From Acidobacteriota bacterium (GTDB taxonomy: Bacteria; Acidobacteriota; Polarisedimenticolia; Polarisedimenticolales; JAIQFR01): a DNA stretch of 64,000 nt. A model generated the notes under the pieces. The model was not told where the DNA came from. It did not search any database and saw only the letters and a list, made by a program, of their open reading frames with translations. The translations under genes were made by a program, and so were the position numbers. The stretch covers positions 24,797 through 88,796 of the forward strand of contig JBGQAU010000001.1 in assembly GCA_041494445.1 (NCBI GenBank). Direction: 5' to 3'. Positions 54,620-63,958 of the stretch are shown piece after piece (position 1 is the first letter of the stretch; every line of letters begins with the position of its first letter).

Positions 54620-55698
54620 ACGGCTTCTCGGTGGACATCGCCGTCGAGCGGCCCGGGACGCCGGGCCGCCCGTTCCGGCTCGAGGCCGCGTTCGAGACCG
54701 AAGGCGGCTTCACTGTCGTGTTCGGCCCGAGCGGAGCCGGCAAGAGCACGCTCCTCCTCGCGATCGTGGGGGCGATACGGCCGGTGCGCGGGAGGATCGT
54801 CGCGGGGGGCAGGGTGTTGTTCGACTCCGACCACGGGATCGACCTGCCGACCCGCGAGCGGCGCCTCGGGATCGTGTTCCAGGACGCGTTGCTCTTCCCC
54901 CACCTCGACGCCCGGCGCAACGTGGAGTTCGGCCTCCGCGGCCGGGATCGGCGCGGCCGCGCGGAGGAGATCCTCGCGCGGGTGGAAGCGGCGGGGCTCG
55001 CCGGCGGTTTCCCTGAGGAGCTGTCGGGGGGCGAGCGCCAGCGGGTCGCCCTCGCCCGGGCGCTTGCCGCGGAGCCGGCGGGGCTCCTGCTGGACGAGCC
55101 GTTCTCCGCGCTCGACCCGGGGTCCCGCGAGGGCCTGGGCGCCGTGGTCGCCGGGCTCCAGCGCGAGACCGGGCTCCCGTTCCTCCACGTGACCCACGAC
55201 CTGGGCGAGGCGCTCCGTCTCGGGACGAGCCTCGTGGTCCTCGACGGTGGCAACGTCGTCCAGACGGGGCCGCCGGTCGAAGTGCTGTCCGCCCCCGCGC
55301 GGGCGGCGGTGGCGCGGGCGGTCGGCTTCGAGAACGTGTTCACCGGGACCGTTCTGCGGCACGCGCCGGAGGAGGGGTGGAGCGAGGTGGATCTCGGCGG
55401 GACGCGGGTCGAAACGGGTCTCCTCGCTGAGCCACCCGGAAGCCGCGTCGCGCTCGGGCTTCGCGCGGGCGACGTGATCGTATCGGTCGAGAGGATCGCC
55501 GGGACCTCCGCTCGGAACGTCCTCGAGGGGACGGTGGTCGCGGCGGAGCGCCGCGGCCCGGTGGTCGAGCTGGTCGTGGCGACGCCGGTGCGCTTCCGGG
55601 CCATCGTGACGCCCGCCGCCGCTCGCGCGCTCTCGCTGGCCCCCGGCCGCCGCGCGTGGCTCCTCGTGAAAGCCCTTGCGTTCCACCGCCTCGAGTAG
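54616..55698 (+). CDS. modC: Molybdate ABC transporter ATP-binding protein with a C-terminal TOBE domain
   Basis: GTGA overlap with modB. Walker A is GPSGAGKST, the signature is LSGGERQRVALARAL, and Walker B is LLLDEP. Confidence 0.85.
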   Translation: MNGFSVDIAVERPGTPGRPFRLEAAFETEGGFTVVFGPSGAGKSTLLLAIVGAIRPVRGRIVAGGRVLFDSDHGIDLPTRERRLGIVFQDALLFPHLDARRNVEFGLRGRDRRGRAEEILARVEAAGLAGGFPEELSGGERQRVALARALAAEPAGLLLDEPFSALDPGSREGLGAVVAGLQRETGLPFLHVTHDLGEALRLGTSLVVLDGGNVVQTGPPVEVLSAPARAAVARAVGFENVFTGTVLRHAPEEGWSEVDLGGTRVETGLLAEPPGSRVALGLRAGDVIVSVERIAGTSARNVLEGTVVAAERRGPVVELVVATPVRFRAIVTPAAARALSLAPGRRAWLLVKALAFHRLE

Positions 55699-55709
55699 CG
55701 ACGTCCGCG

Positions 55710-57302
55710 TCAGGACCGGAGGCGGTACACCGCGTCGAAGGGAGCGGGGCCAGGGATCCGCTCGATCCCGCGCGACGGGTTCGCGGCGAGCCGCTCCAGA
55801 ACGTGGAAGGCGGTCTCGGCCTCGTCGGGGGCGCCGGCGGCCGCCGCCAGAGCCTCCGCGGTGGCCCCATCGTGCCCTCGGGCGCGGAGCGCCTCGAGGA
55901 GCCGCCGCTGGAGGTCGAGCACCGCGGCCGCCGCCTTCTTGCCCGCCTCGACTCCCGGTTGGTGGTAGGCGTTGACGTTCACGAGGGTCGCGTAGAACCC
56001 GACCGCCCGCTCGAACAGCGCGACGAGCGCGCCGACGCTCTTCGGACCGACGTCCGGCAGCGTGATGGTGAGGGACGGGCGGCCGCTTTCGTGGAGGGCA
56101 CGACGGGTCCCGAGCAGGAAGCCGCCGAGGTAGTCCCCCGTCGTGACCCCCGGCTCGACCTCGACGCCCTTCCCCTCCCGGTCCCTCAGCACCTCGATGA
56201 ACGTCACGAAGAAGTTCGGCACGCCGTCCCGGAGCTGCTGCACGTACGCGTGCTGGTCGGTCGAGCCCTTGTTCCCGTAAACGGCGATCCCCTGGTGGAC
56301 CGTGCGGCCGTCGAGGTCCTTCTCCTTCCCCAGGGACTCCATGACGAGCTGCTGCAGGTAGCGGCTGAACAACGCCAGCCGGTCCTTGTACGGCAGCACC
56401 ACCATGTCCTTCGCGCCCTTTCCGCCGCCGGCGTGGTGCCACGAGAGCGCCAGGAGCGCCGCGGGGTTCTTCGCCGCCTGGCGCGAGCGCGTCAGCCCGT
56501 CCATCGTCGCGGCTCCCTTGAGCATCTCGCGGACGTCGATCCCCTGGAGCGCCGCGGGTAGGAGTCCGACCGCGGACATCTCCGAGGTCCTGCCGCCGAC
56601 CCAGTCCCACATCGGGAACCGGTCGAGGAAGCCGTGCTCCGACGCGAACCGGTCGAGGGCACTCCCCTCCCCCGTCACGGCCACCGCGTGGCGGCCGAAG
56701 TCGAGCCCGCGCGCGGCGTACGCGGCGGACGCCTCCAGCATTCCGTTCCGGGTCTCGGGGGTCCCGCCCGACTTGGAGATGACGACGGCGAGGGTGCTGT
56801 CGAGGCCCTTCCCGATCCCCGCCAGGACCCGGTCGATGCCGTCGGGATCGGTGTTGTCCAGGAAATGCGGGACCATCGGGGCGTTGAGCGCGCCGAGCGC
56901 GTCGGCGACGAACTCGGGCCCGAGGGCGGAGCCCCCGATCCCGATGACGAGCAAGTGCCGGAACCGCTCCGCGCGCTGCGGCCGGACCTGACCGTCGTGG
57001 ACCCGCGAGGCGAAGTGGAGCACCTTCGCGAGCGTCCGGCGGATCGCGTCGGCGATCTCGGGCGACGGCGACAGCTCCGGCGCGCGGAGCCAGTAGTGTC
57101 CGACCCTCCTCTTTTCGTCCGGGTTCGCGATTGCGCCCGCCTCGAGCGCCTCCATCGCGTCGAGCGCGCGCAGCAGCGGCGCCTCCATGGTCCGCAGGAT
57201 GTCCGCCGGGAGGTCCATCCGGCTGACGTCCAGCCGGAAGCCGAGATCGGGCGCGTCGAAAAGCCAGGCTCGGTAGCGGTCCCAGAGCTGGGTCGAGGTC
57301 AT
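55710..57302 (-). CDS. pgi: Glucose-6-phosphate isomerase
   Basis: 530 aa, with [24 protein letters not shown] and [12 protein letters not shown]. Confidence 0.9.
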   Translation of the reverse strand: MTSTQLWDRYRAWLFDAPDLGFRLDVSRMDLPADILRTMEAPLLRALDAMEALEAGAIANPDEKRRVGHYWLRAPELSPSPEIADAIRRTLAKVLHFASRVHDGQVRPQRAERFRHLLVIGIGGSALGPEFVADALGALNAPMVPHFLDNTDPDGIDRVLAGIGKGLDSTLAVVISKSGGTPETRNGMLEASAAYAARGLDFGRHAVAVTGEGSALDRFASEHGFLDRFPMWDWVGGRTSEMSAVGLLPAALQGIDVREMLKGAATMDGLTRSRQAAKNPAALLALSWHHAGGGKGAKDMVVLPYKDRLALFSRYLQQLVMESLGKEKDLDGRTVHQGIAVYGNKGSTDQHAYVQQLRDGVPNFFVTFIEVLRDREGKGVEVEPGVTTGDYLGGFLLGTRRALHESGRPSLTITLPDVGPKSVGALVALFERAVGFYATLVNVNAYHQPGVEAGKKAAAAVLDLQRRLLEALRARGHDGATAEALAAAAGAPDEAETAFHVLERLAANPSRGIERIPGPAPFDAVYRLRS

Positions 57303-57354
57303 GGCTCCCTCCGCGAAGAGGATACCCCGGTCCCGCGATCGACCGCGGGACGGG

Positions 57355-58098
57355 TCACAGCTCCTTCTCGATCCAATTCGCCTTCTCCATCCGTCGGAGA
57401 ATCGTGTCCACGTGGCGACGGTACGCCCGGCTCCGCGAGCCGGGATGCCAATCCTCGGGATCCGGCAGCGAGGCCGCGAGCGCGGCCGCCTCCTCGTCGG
57501 TCAACTCCGCGGCGGACCTCCCGAACCAGCGCCGCGAGCCCGCCTCGGCCCCGTACACGCCCGGCCCCAGCTCGACGACGTTCAGGTACAGCTCCAGGAT
57601 GCGCCGCTTCGAAAGATGCCTCTCGATCTGCCGGGTGAGGATCGCTTCCTCGACCTTCCGGAGCGGGTTCCGCGATGGGGAGAGCCAGAGGTTCTTCGCG
57701 AGCTGCTGCGTGATCGTGGAGGCGCCGCGGGGCATCTCCTTGTCCTCGATCGCATCGCGCACCGCGTTCTTCATCTCCTCGACCTCGAAGCCGTGGTGCG
57801 AGAAGAAGCCGATGTCCTCCCCGACGAGCACCGCACGCTTGAGCGCGGGAGAGATCGCCGCGTACGGGACCCAGGTCCAGGAGACTCGGTCGCTCTTTCC
57901 TTCCGCGCGCCGCTCGGCCCGATAGCGCTCGATGAACGCGGTGGTCGTGGGATTCTCCGCGGCGAGGCGGGCCACGTCCGGCCAGGTCAGCGCCTCCCAC
58001 GCCGCATACCCGCCGGCCGCCAGGAGGGCGAGCACGACCGCCGTCAGGCAGCCGCTCCGCCGCCGCCGCTTCCGCCCGCCGGACTTCCGCGCGCCCAT
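57355..58098 (-). CDS. mtgA: Monofunctional biosynthetic peptidoglycan transglycosylase
   Basis: N-terminal anchor, then GT51 motifs [24 protein letters not shown] and RKVEEA. The start is ATG 58098. Confidence 0.85.
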   Translation of the reverse strand: MGARKSGGRKRRRRSGCLTAVVLALLAAGGYAAWEALTWPDVARLAAENPTTTAFIERYRAERRAEGKSDRVSWTWVPYAAISPALKRAVLVGEDIGFFSHHGFEVEEMKNAVRDAIEDKEMPRGASTITQQLAKNLWLSPSRNPLRKVEEAILTRQIERHLSKRRILELYLNVVELGPGVYGAEAGSRRWFGRSAAELTDEEAAALAASLPDPEDWHPGSRSRAYRRHVDTILRRMEKANWIEKEL

Positions 58099-58109
58099 TG
58101 GCCGCGAAT

Positions 58110-58280
58110 GATAGCGCCCGCGCTCCGCCTCCGGAAAGACTCCTCCCGGCGACGTGGCAGGAGCGCGGCCGAGCCCGCGACGCGAGGCCGCGCGATGCCC
58201 GAGCGAGGAGCGAGGCACAGCGCCGAGCAACGAGCGTTCGCGGGGAGGAGTCTTTCCGGAGGCGGAGCGCGCGACCTATC
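58110..58280. repeat. 171-bp element bounded by 38-bp inverted repeats (29-bp perfect core), MITE-like or operator-like
   Basis: The left core 58119-58147 (cgcgctccgcctccggaaagactcctccc) is the reverse complement of 58243-58271. The arms extend to gatag/ctatc at 58110 and 58280 with 3 mismatches. The spacer is 95 nt. Confidence 0.85.
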
Positions 58281-58357
58281 GCCCGGCGGTGCTGCGGGCG
58301 TTGCCATCGCGGGGACCTCGACCTAGACTCCGACCTGGCGGGGACAGGGGGTGCCGC

Positions 58358-59425
58358 GTGAAGGGAACGCTCTCCTTCCATCCGGTGGAACTGGCCTTCT
58401 TCGACGAGACCGTCGCTCCCCTTGCGTCCGGTCGCAAAATCGATCCGGAGCCGTTCTTGGCCGAGGCGATCAGGGTCCGGAAGATCCACTGGCAGGTTCG
58501 CCGGTACACGCGCGCGATCGAGACGGTCCTGGCGGTCGCCGGGCCGCCGCCGCCGCCGGACGGGGCGGGGCTCTGGGGAAACGTCAAGGCCTACCTGGAG
58601 AAGTTCGACTGGCGCCCCGACGACCTCACGAAGCGGGTATTGCAGTCGATCGATCCGGACCTGCACCTCTACGGCCGCCCGTTCTTCGTTGCGGAGGCGT
58701 CCGCGGCGAAGGTGGTGGAGACCGTGGACCGCTATCGCGGCGCTCCGTCGCCCGGAGCGGCCGAGGCGATCGCGAAGGAGCAAATCGCGCGCCTCGATCC
58801 GGAGCTTTCGCACGGGCTCGCTCCCGAGGACGGGCCTGACCTCTGCCCGGACAGTCTTCACCGCGCCGACCTCCTGGGAGCGCTCGCGCGGATCCACGAG
58901 ATCGCCTCGGCGGCGCGCGCCGGACGGGTCTTTACCGATGGACAGGCCGAAGCGAGGCCGGCCGTCGAGGTGCTGCGCGACGAGATGCCGTGGCGCGCCG
59001 TGAGCCTCCACGCGCGCATCGTCCCGTTCTGGACCGCCCGGGGGGTGGACGGTCTCGAGACGATCTGCCGCGCCGCGCGTGTGCTCGCGCCGGACTCCCT
59101 CGTCCCCGCGTGGCGGCTGTTCGCCGGGGCCTGCGACGAGTTCCCGGACCTCAAGGCATCGCTGCACCAGGAGGTCAAGGGGGAGCGGGACGTCGGCGCC
59201 TTCGTCGCCCCCCAGGACGTCCCGCGGCTGCTGGACTTCCTGAACGCGGAGGGCGCCCGGATCATCGAGGCGGCCGCCCGGCAGGACGAGGGACGGGCCT
59301 GCGCCACGCTGCTCCACAAGATCCGGGAGTGCGCCGCCTACGCGGTCCGACACGGCCTGGGCTACCTCGAGGCTTCGGGGATCCTCCCGCCCGATCTCGA
59401 AGAGGGCTTTACGGCGGGCGGCTGA
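58358..59425 (+). CDS. Hypothetical protein with no recognisable family
   Basis: 355 aa from GTG 58358 (VKGTLSFHPVELAFFDE...). Composition is ordinary, mostly helical-looking and clearly non-junk. No signal peptide is present. Confidence 0.6.
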   Translation: MKGTLSFHPVELAFFDETVAPLASGRKIDPEPFLAEAIRVRKIHWQVRRYTRAIETVLAVAGPPPPPDGAGLWGNVKAYLEKFDWRPDDLTKRVLQSIDPDLHLYGRPFFVAEASAAKVVETVDRYRGAPSPGAAEAIAKEQIARLDPELSHGLAPEDGPDLCPDSLHRADLLGALARIHEIASAARAGRVFTDGQAEARPAVEVLRDEMPWRAVSLHARIVPFWTARGVDGLETICRAARVLAPDSLVPAWRLFAGACDEFPDLKASLHQEVKGERDVGAFVAPQDVPRLLDFLNAEGARIIEAAARQDEGRACATLLHKIRECAAYAVRHGLGYLEASGILPPDLEEGFTAGG

Positions 59426-59449
59426 CCCTCCCCCACCCCCGGCCCGCGC

Positions 59450-60922
59450 TCAGATTCCCGGAGCGCCGCCCCGCTCGGCGGTGAGCCGCCGGCTGCCGAA
59501 GGGCTCCGCGTGCACCGCGATCCGCGTGAGCTCCGGGACCGCATCCCGGAAGGCACTCTCCAGGCGATCGGTCAGCTCGTGCGCCTCCGCGAGCGATGTG
59601 TCCGCCGGCACGAAGCAGTGGCACGAGAGGTACACTCCGGCCGCGGTCCGCGCGAGCATCATGTCGTGGACCGACCCTTCGCCCGCCAGGCTCCGGGCGA
59701 CTGCGAGGACCCGCACCTCGAGATCGCGGCGCACCGCGTCGTCGAGGCTCCCCACGGACTCCGGGGTCTCCTCGTGCAGCTCCAGATGGATGTCCACCCG
59801 CCCCACCCCGGCGACCTCGCGCAGGATCCGGGCCTCGACCCGGTCCGCGATCGCGTGTCCCTCGCCGAGGCTCATGTTGCCCGGCAGCTCGAGGTGGAGG
59901 TCCGCGTGGACGCGGGGCGGCTCGCCGCGGATCGTGATGTTGTGCCCGTGCACACCTTCCATGGCGACCGCGGTCGCGACCCTCTGGTGCAGGGACTCGC
60001 TGCCGTCCTGCCGCGCCTTGAGCTCCACGGTGACGCCGGCGTTCGAGCCGACCACGGCAACGACCCGCTCGCGCGCGCCCTGCGCGATCCTCTCCGCCTC
60101 GGCGAGAGGCAGCCCTCGCTCGACGGCCAGCTCCACGTCGGCGAACACCCGGTCGCCGGCCTGGCGCAGGCGGACGCGCGGCGCGCCCTCCTGCCCCTCG
60201 ACCCCCTCGAGTGCCGCGACGACCAGGTCGGTCAGCCGGGAGGGGGCGCGGTCGAGGAGCATGTCCGCGGCACGGCGTCCCAGCTTCCAGGAGAGCGCGA
60301 GGACGATCAGAGCCACGAGGCTGGCCGCGACCGGGTCGGCCAGCGTGAGCCAGGGCACACCCATTTCCCGGGCGAGAAGAACGCCGAGGAGCCCCGCGAC
60401 GACCACCGACGACGAGGCGATGTCCGTGCTGAAGTGCAGGGCGTCCGCCTCGAGCGCCTGGCTTCCGCTCTTCCGGGCGACCCGCCTCAGGTCCCGCGAA
60501 CGCAGGATGTCCACGACGATGGATACGCCCATGACCGCGAACGCCCAGAGCGAGGGGTCGACCTCCGGCCCGGCGCCGAGGATCCGCCTGGAGGCCTCCC
60601 ACAGGATCCAGAAGGAGGTCAGCACCAGCAGCAGCGTCTCGCCCAGGGCCGTGAGATTCTCGATCTTGCCGTGGCCGTACGGGTGCTCCTCGTCGGGCGG
60701 ACGCCAGGAGGTCCGCACCGCGAACCAGGTCATCGCCGCCGCCACGAGGTCCAGCGCCGAGTGCGCCGCCTCCGCCAGGATGCCGAGGGAACCGGTGGCG
60801 AGCCCCGCCGCGACCTTGATCGCGGTCAGCGTGAGTCCGGCCCAGACCGAGCGGCCGGCTGCCCGCTGCTTCTCGCGGATGAGCGCCGCCCGTTCCGCGT
60901 CGAGATCATCGATTCCGGTCAC
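59450..60922 (-). CDS. Cation diffusion facilitator (CDF) transporter with three tandem cytoplasmic domains
   Basis: GTG 60922 is preceded by GGAGGA. The TMD motifs are AEAAHSALDLV and HFSTDIASS. About 275 aa follow, made of three ZT_dimer-like modules. Confidence 0.8.
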   Translation of the reverse strand: MTGIDDLDAERAALIREKQRAAGRSVWAGLTLTAIKVAAGLATGSLGILAEAAHSALDLVAAAMTWFAVRTSWRPPDEEHPYGHGKIENLTALGETLLLVLTSFWILWEASRRILGAGPEVDPSLWAFAVMGVSIVVDILRSRDLRRVARKSGSQALEADALHFSTDIASSSVVVAGLLGVLLAREMGVPWLTLADPVAASLVALIVLALSWKLGRRAADMLLDRAPSRLTDLVVAALEGVEGQEGAPRVRLRQAGDRVFADVELAVERGLPLAEAERIAQGARERVVAVVGSNAGVTVELKARQDGSESLHQRVATAVAMEGVHGHNITIRGEPPRVHADLHLELPGNMSLGEGHAIADRVEARILREVAGVGRVDIHLELHEETPESVGSLDDAVRRDLEVRVLAVARSLAGEGSVHDMMLARTAAGVYLSCHCFVPADTSLAEAHELTDRLESAFRDAVPELTRIAVHAEPFGSRRLTAERGGAPGI

Positions 60923-61142
60923 GCTTCCTCCGGGGAACGCGCGCGAGCCTCTTCTTGTATCAGAAGCCCGGCGCCGTGGAAAGCGGCGACGAAGCCGTTG
61001 CCGGAGGAGGGCCACTGGTGACACAATCCACCCGCGGAAGCCGGGCCAAGGCGGGGCGCTGCTCCGGACGGAGGCGAGGACATCGGGGGAGTTGGCCCGG
61101 GGGTCGTCCCGCCGGCCTCTTGTCCCCGCCGGAACGTCGTCC

Positions 61143-62570
61143 ATGAACTCGATCCGAACGCCGGTCTCGTTGGCGGCGGAGCGCGCGGTCCGGTACCTGC
61201 GCGATCGGCGAGAGCCCGTCGGCAGCGGGGAGCTCGCACACGCCGTCCTGAGGACACGGGTGCGGGACGAGGAGATGGCGCGCCGGGTCCTCGAGACCGC
61301 GTTCGCCTCGGACCCGAGGCTCTCCTTCGAGGACGGAGCCTGGCGCGTGCGCGCCGTGCGGACCGCCCGGGCCGGCGCGGCGGGGCCGGCGCACGCGGCT
61401 CCCACCGAGCCCCCCCGCGTGCTGCTCCTGGTCCGGGGAGGAAGTCTCTCGCGAGGGTCCGGGTTCACGATCAACGATGTCGCCGCGATCCGGATCGAGG
61501 GGGACATCGTGGTGGCGGCCTGCGGGGGCGAGGTGATCGGTCGCTCCGCGGGCACGGACCTCAAGCACGCGGTCCGGGAGATCCTCGTGGGCGCGGTCCC
61601 CGTTCTCCACGATCCTCCCGGCGCGGTCGCCGCGCTCGAGCGGTGGATCGACGAGCCGCTCGACTCGCCGGTCTCGCTCCGCCGGCTCGGCCAGGATCGC
61701 CTCGGCCTCGCCGCGCGGCACGACCTCGAGGCCCTGGTGGCCCGGCTCGATCTCCCCTGGCGCGACTCCGACGATCCGCTCGATCTCGTCGAGACGGTGG
61801 ACGCTGCCCTCTCGGCGCTAAGGCGCCCCGGAGAGGATCTCGACGCGCTCAGGACCGCCTGCCGGCGCGGCGCCCCTCCGCCGGACTGGTCGCGCTTCGC
61901 GTTCGGCAGGGAGTTCCTCCGGGAGATCCCTCACGTGGCCGGGACCTACCGGTTCTACGACGCGCAGGGGGACCTTCTCTACGTCGGCAAGTCCAGGAAC
62001 CTCCACGCCCGGGTCGGATCCTACTTCCGCGAGGTGCGCTCCCGCCCCGCCCGCGTCCAGGGGCTTCTGGACGCCCTGCACCGGATCGAGCTCACGCCCG
62101 TGGGCTCGGACCTCGAGGCGGTGCTCCGGGAGGCGGCGGCAATCCGCCGCCGGCGCCCCTCCCACAACGTGCAGCGGAAGCAGCACCCGCGCCGCAGGCA
62201 CGAGGCCCGGCTCCGCTCGATCCTGATCCTCGAGCCGGCGTCTCCCCCGAATGTCCTGTGGGCCTACCTCCTTCGCGACGCGCGGCTCCTCGACCGAGTG
62301 GGGATCGGCCGGAGGGGCGGCGGGCTCCGGCGGATTCAGCGGATTCTCGAATCCCGGTTCTTCTCGTACGAGCCCGGCCCGGCGACGCCCCCGGGCCCCG
62401 ACGTGGACGTCGACGTGGTCGCGCGGTGGCTCGCGCAGAACCGGGACCGGGTGGTCGCCTTCGATCCCACCCAACTGCGCTCGGCGCGGGAGGTCATCAC
62501 GCGCCTCAGACTGTTCCTCGCGCAGGGAACCCCCTTCGAGCCGGACGGCACGCCCACCACCGTCCGCTGA
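61143..62570 (+). CDS. GIY-YIG nuclease domain protein (UvrC/Cho N-domain-like) with a degenerate exonuclease-like N-domain
   Basis: GTYRFYDAQGDLLYVGKSRNLHARVGSYF...LEAVLREAAAIRRRRPSHN is a GIY-YIG signature at about aa 275-360. Confidence 0.7.
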   Translation: MNSIRTPVSLAAERAVRYLRDRREPVGSGELAHAVLRTRVRDEEMARRVLETAFASDPRLSFEDGAWRVRAVRTARAGAAGPAHAAPTEPPRVLLLVRGGSLSRGSGFTINDVAAIRIEGDIVVAACGGEVIGRSAGTDLKHAVREILVGAVPVLHDPPGAVAALERWIDEPLDSPVSLRRLGQDRLGLAARHDLEALVARLDLPWRDSDDPLDLVETVDAALSALRRPGEDLDALRTACRRGAPPPDWSRFAFGREFLREIPHVAGTYRFYDAQGDLLYVGKSRNLHARVGSYFREVRSRPARVQGLLDALHRIELTPVGSDLEAVLREAAAIRRRRPSHNVQRKQHPRRRHEARLRSILILEPASPPNVLWAYLLRDARLLDRVGIGRRGGGLRRIQRILESRFFSYEPGPATPPGPDVDVDVVARWLAQNRDRVVAFDPTQLRSAREVITRLRLFLAQGTPFEPDGTPTTVR

Positions 62571-62644
62571 CCGCGGCGGCGCCACCCGCGCTGGTATACT
62601 GGCGCGCGGCGCGACGGGTCCGCTGTCCGCGCCGGCGCCAGACG

Positions 62645-63958
62645 ATGACCGCACTTTATATTCTCCTCGCGCTCGGACTGGTCCTGCTCAACGCGTTCTT
62701 CGTGGCCACCGAGTTCGCGATCGTCAAGGTCCGCGACACCCGGATAGAAGAGCTCGTGGAGGGGGGCCTCAAGCGGGCCGCCGCGGTCCAGAAGGTCCTC
62801 CGGAACCTCAACGCGTACCTTTCCGCCTGCCAGCTCGGCATCACCATCGCATCCCTCGGCCTGGGATGGGTCGGCGAGCCGGCCTTCGGTTGGCTGATCG
62901 AGCCGCTGTTCCCCGGAGGCGGCCCGGAGCGGAGCCTGGCGGTGCGCTCCGCCTCGCTGACCGCCGCCTTCCTCGTCATCACGGCGCTCCACGTCGTCGT
63001 GGGCGAGCAGGCGCCGAAGATCCTCGCCTTGGAGCGCCCGGAGGCGATCGCGCTCCTCGTCTCGCGGCCGATCCGGATCTTCCACGCCACGTTCTTCCCT
63101 CTGATCGCGCTGCTGAACTGGGCGGCGGGAATCACGGTGCGCGCGCTCGGGCTCGCCCCTGCCGCCGCCGCGGACGGTGCCGCGCACAGCGGAGAGGAGC
63201 TGCGCATGATCCTCGCGGGGAGCCACGCCGCCGGAGCGATCTCCACGACCCACGCCAGGCTCCTCGAGAACGCGCTGGACTTCGCCGACCGGACGGTGCG
63301 CCAGATCATGGTGCCGCGAGGCGACGTGGAGTTCCTCGACGTGAACCGCCTCTACGCGGCCAACCTCGCGGTGGCCCGGGCCGGCGGGCACACCCGTTAC
63401 CCGCTCTGCGACGGCGACCTCGACCACGTGATCGGCGTCGTGAACATCAAGGACCTGTTCCTGTCGCCGCCGAGGAGCGGGGAAGAGGCGGACTTGAAGG
63501 CGGTGGCGCGGGAGCCGCTGCTCCTGCCCGAGAGCCTGCGGCTCGAGCGGGCGCTCGCGCTGTTCCAGAAGCGACACCTCCACCTCGGGATCGTGCTGGA
63601 CGAGTACGGCGGGACTTCGGGCATGGTCACCCTCGAAGACGTGCTGGAAGAGCTTACGGGCGAGATCCAGGACGAGTTCGACCAGGAGCCGCCCAAGGTC
63701 CTGGACATCGGCGCGGGCCGCTTCTCGGTGGACGCCGCCCTCCCGCTGGACGAGATCGAGGAGAAGCTGGGGATCATGGAGGAAGTGGACGAGGAGGTGG
63801 ACACGCTGGGCGGGCTCGCCGTCGCGCGTCTCGGGAGAATCGCGAAGGTCGGGGACGCCGTGGAGCTCGGGGGGCGTCGCGTCGAGGTCACGCGGGTCCG
63901 CGGCCGCCGCATCCTGCGGCTGCTGGTGCACCCGCCGGAGGAATCGGGGGAGGCATGA
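62645..63958 (+). CDS. CNNM/TlyC-type hemolysin family protein (DUF21, CBS pair, CorC_HlyC)
   Basis: LLNAFFVATEFAIVKVR, CQLGITIASLGLGWVGEP, a CBS region, and VLDEYGGTSGMVTLEDVLEELTGEIQDE. Confidence 0.85.
   Translation: MTALYILLALGLVLLNAFFVATEFAIVKVRDTRIEELVEGGLKRAAAVQKVLRNLNAYLSACQLGITIASLGLGWVGEPAFGWLIEPLFPGGGPERSLAVRSASLTAAFLVITALHVVVGEQAPKILALERPEAIALLVSRPIRIFHATFFPLIALLNWAAGITVRALGLAPAAAADGAAHSGEELRMILAGSHAAGAISTTHARLLENALDFADRTVRQIMVPRGDVEFLDVNRLYAANLAVARAGGHTRYPLCDGDLDHVIGVVNIKDLFLSPPRSGEEADLKAVAREPLLLPESLRLERALALFQKRHLHLGIVLDEYGGTSGMVTLEDVLEELTGEIQDEFDQEPPKVLDIGAGRFSVDAALPLDEIEEKLGIMEEVDEEVDTLGGLAVARLGRIAKVGDAVELGGRRVEVTRVRGRRILRLLVHPPEESGEA

Noticed and set aside
58110-58280. Calling the inverted-repeat elements (also 50440-50535 and 38510-38716) mobile elements (MITEs)
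   Set aside because: No target-site duplications are visible, there are no additional copies within the window, and the three elements share no sequence. They are therefore annotated as repeats or structures, and mobility is left as a hypothesis.
59481-61142. N-terminal 554 codons of the 1029-aa ORF containing the GIY-YIG gene
   Set aside because: It is Ser/Arg/Ala-rich junk antisense to the CDF transporter. The real gene starts at ATG 61143.
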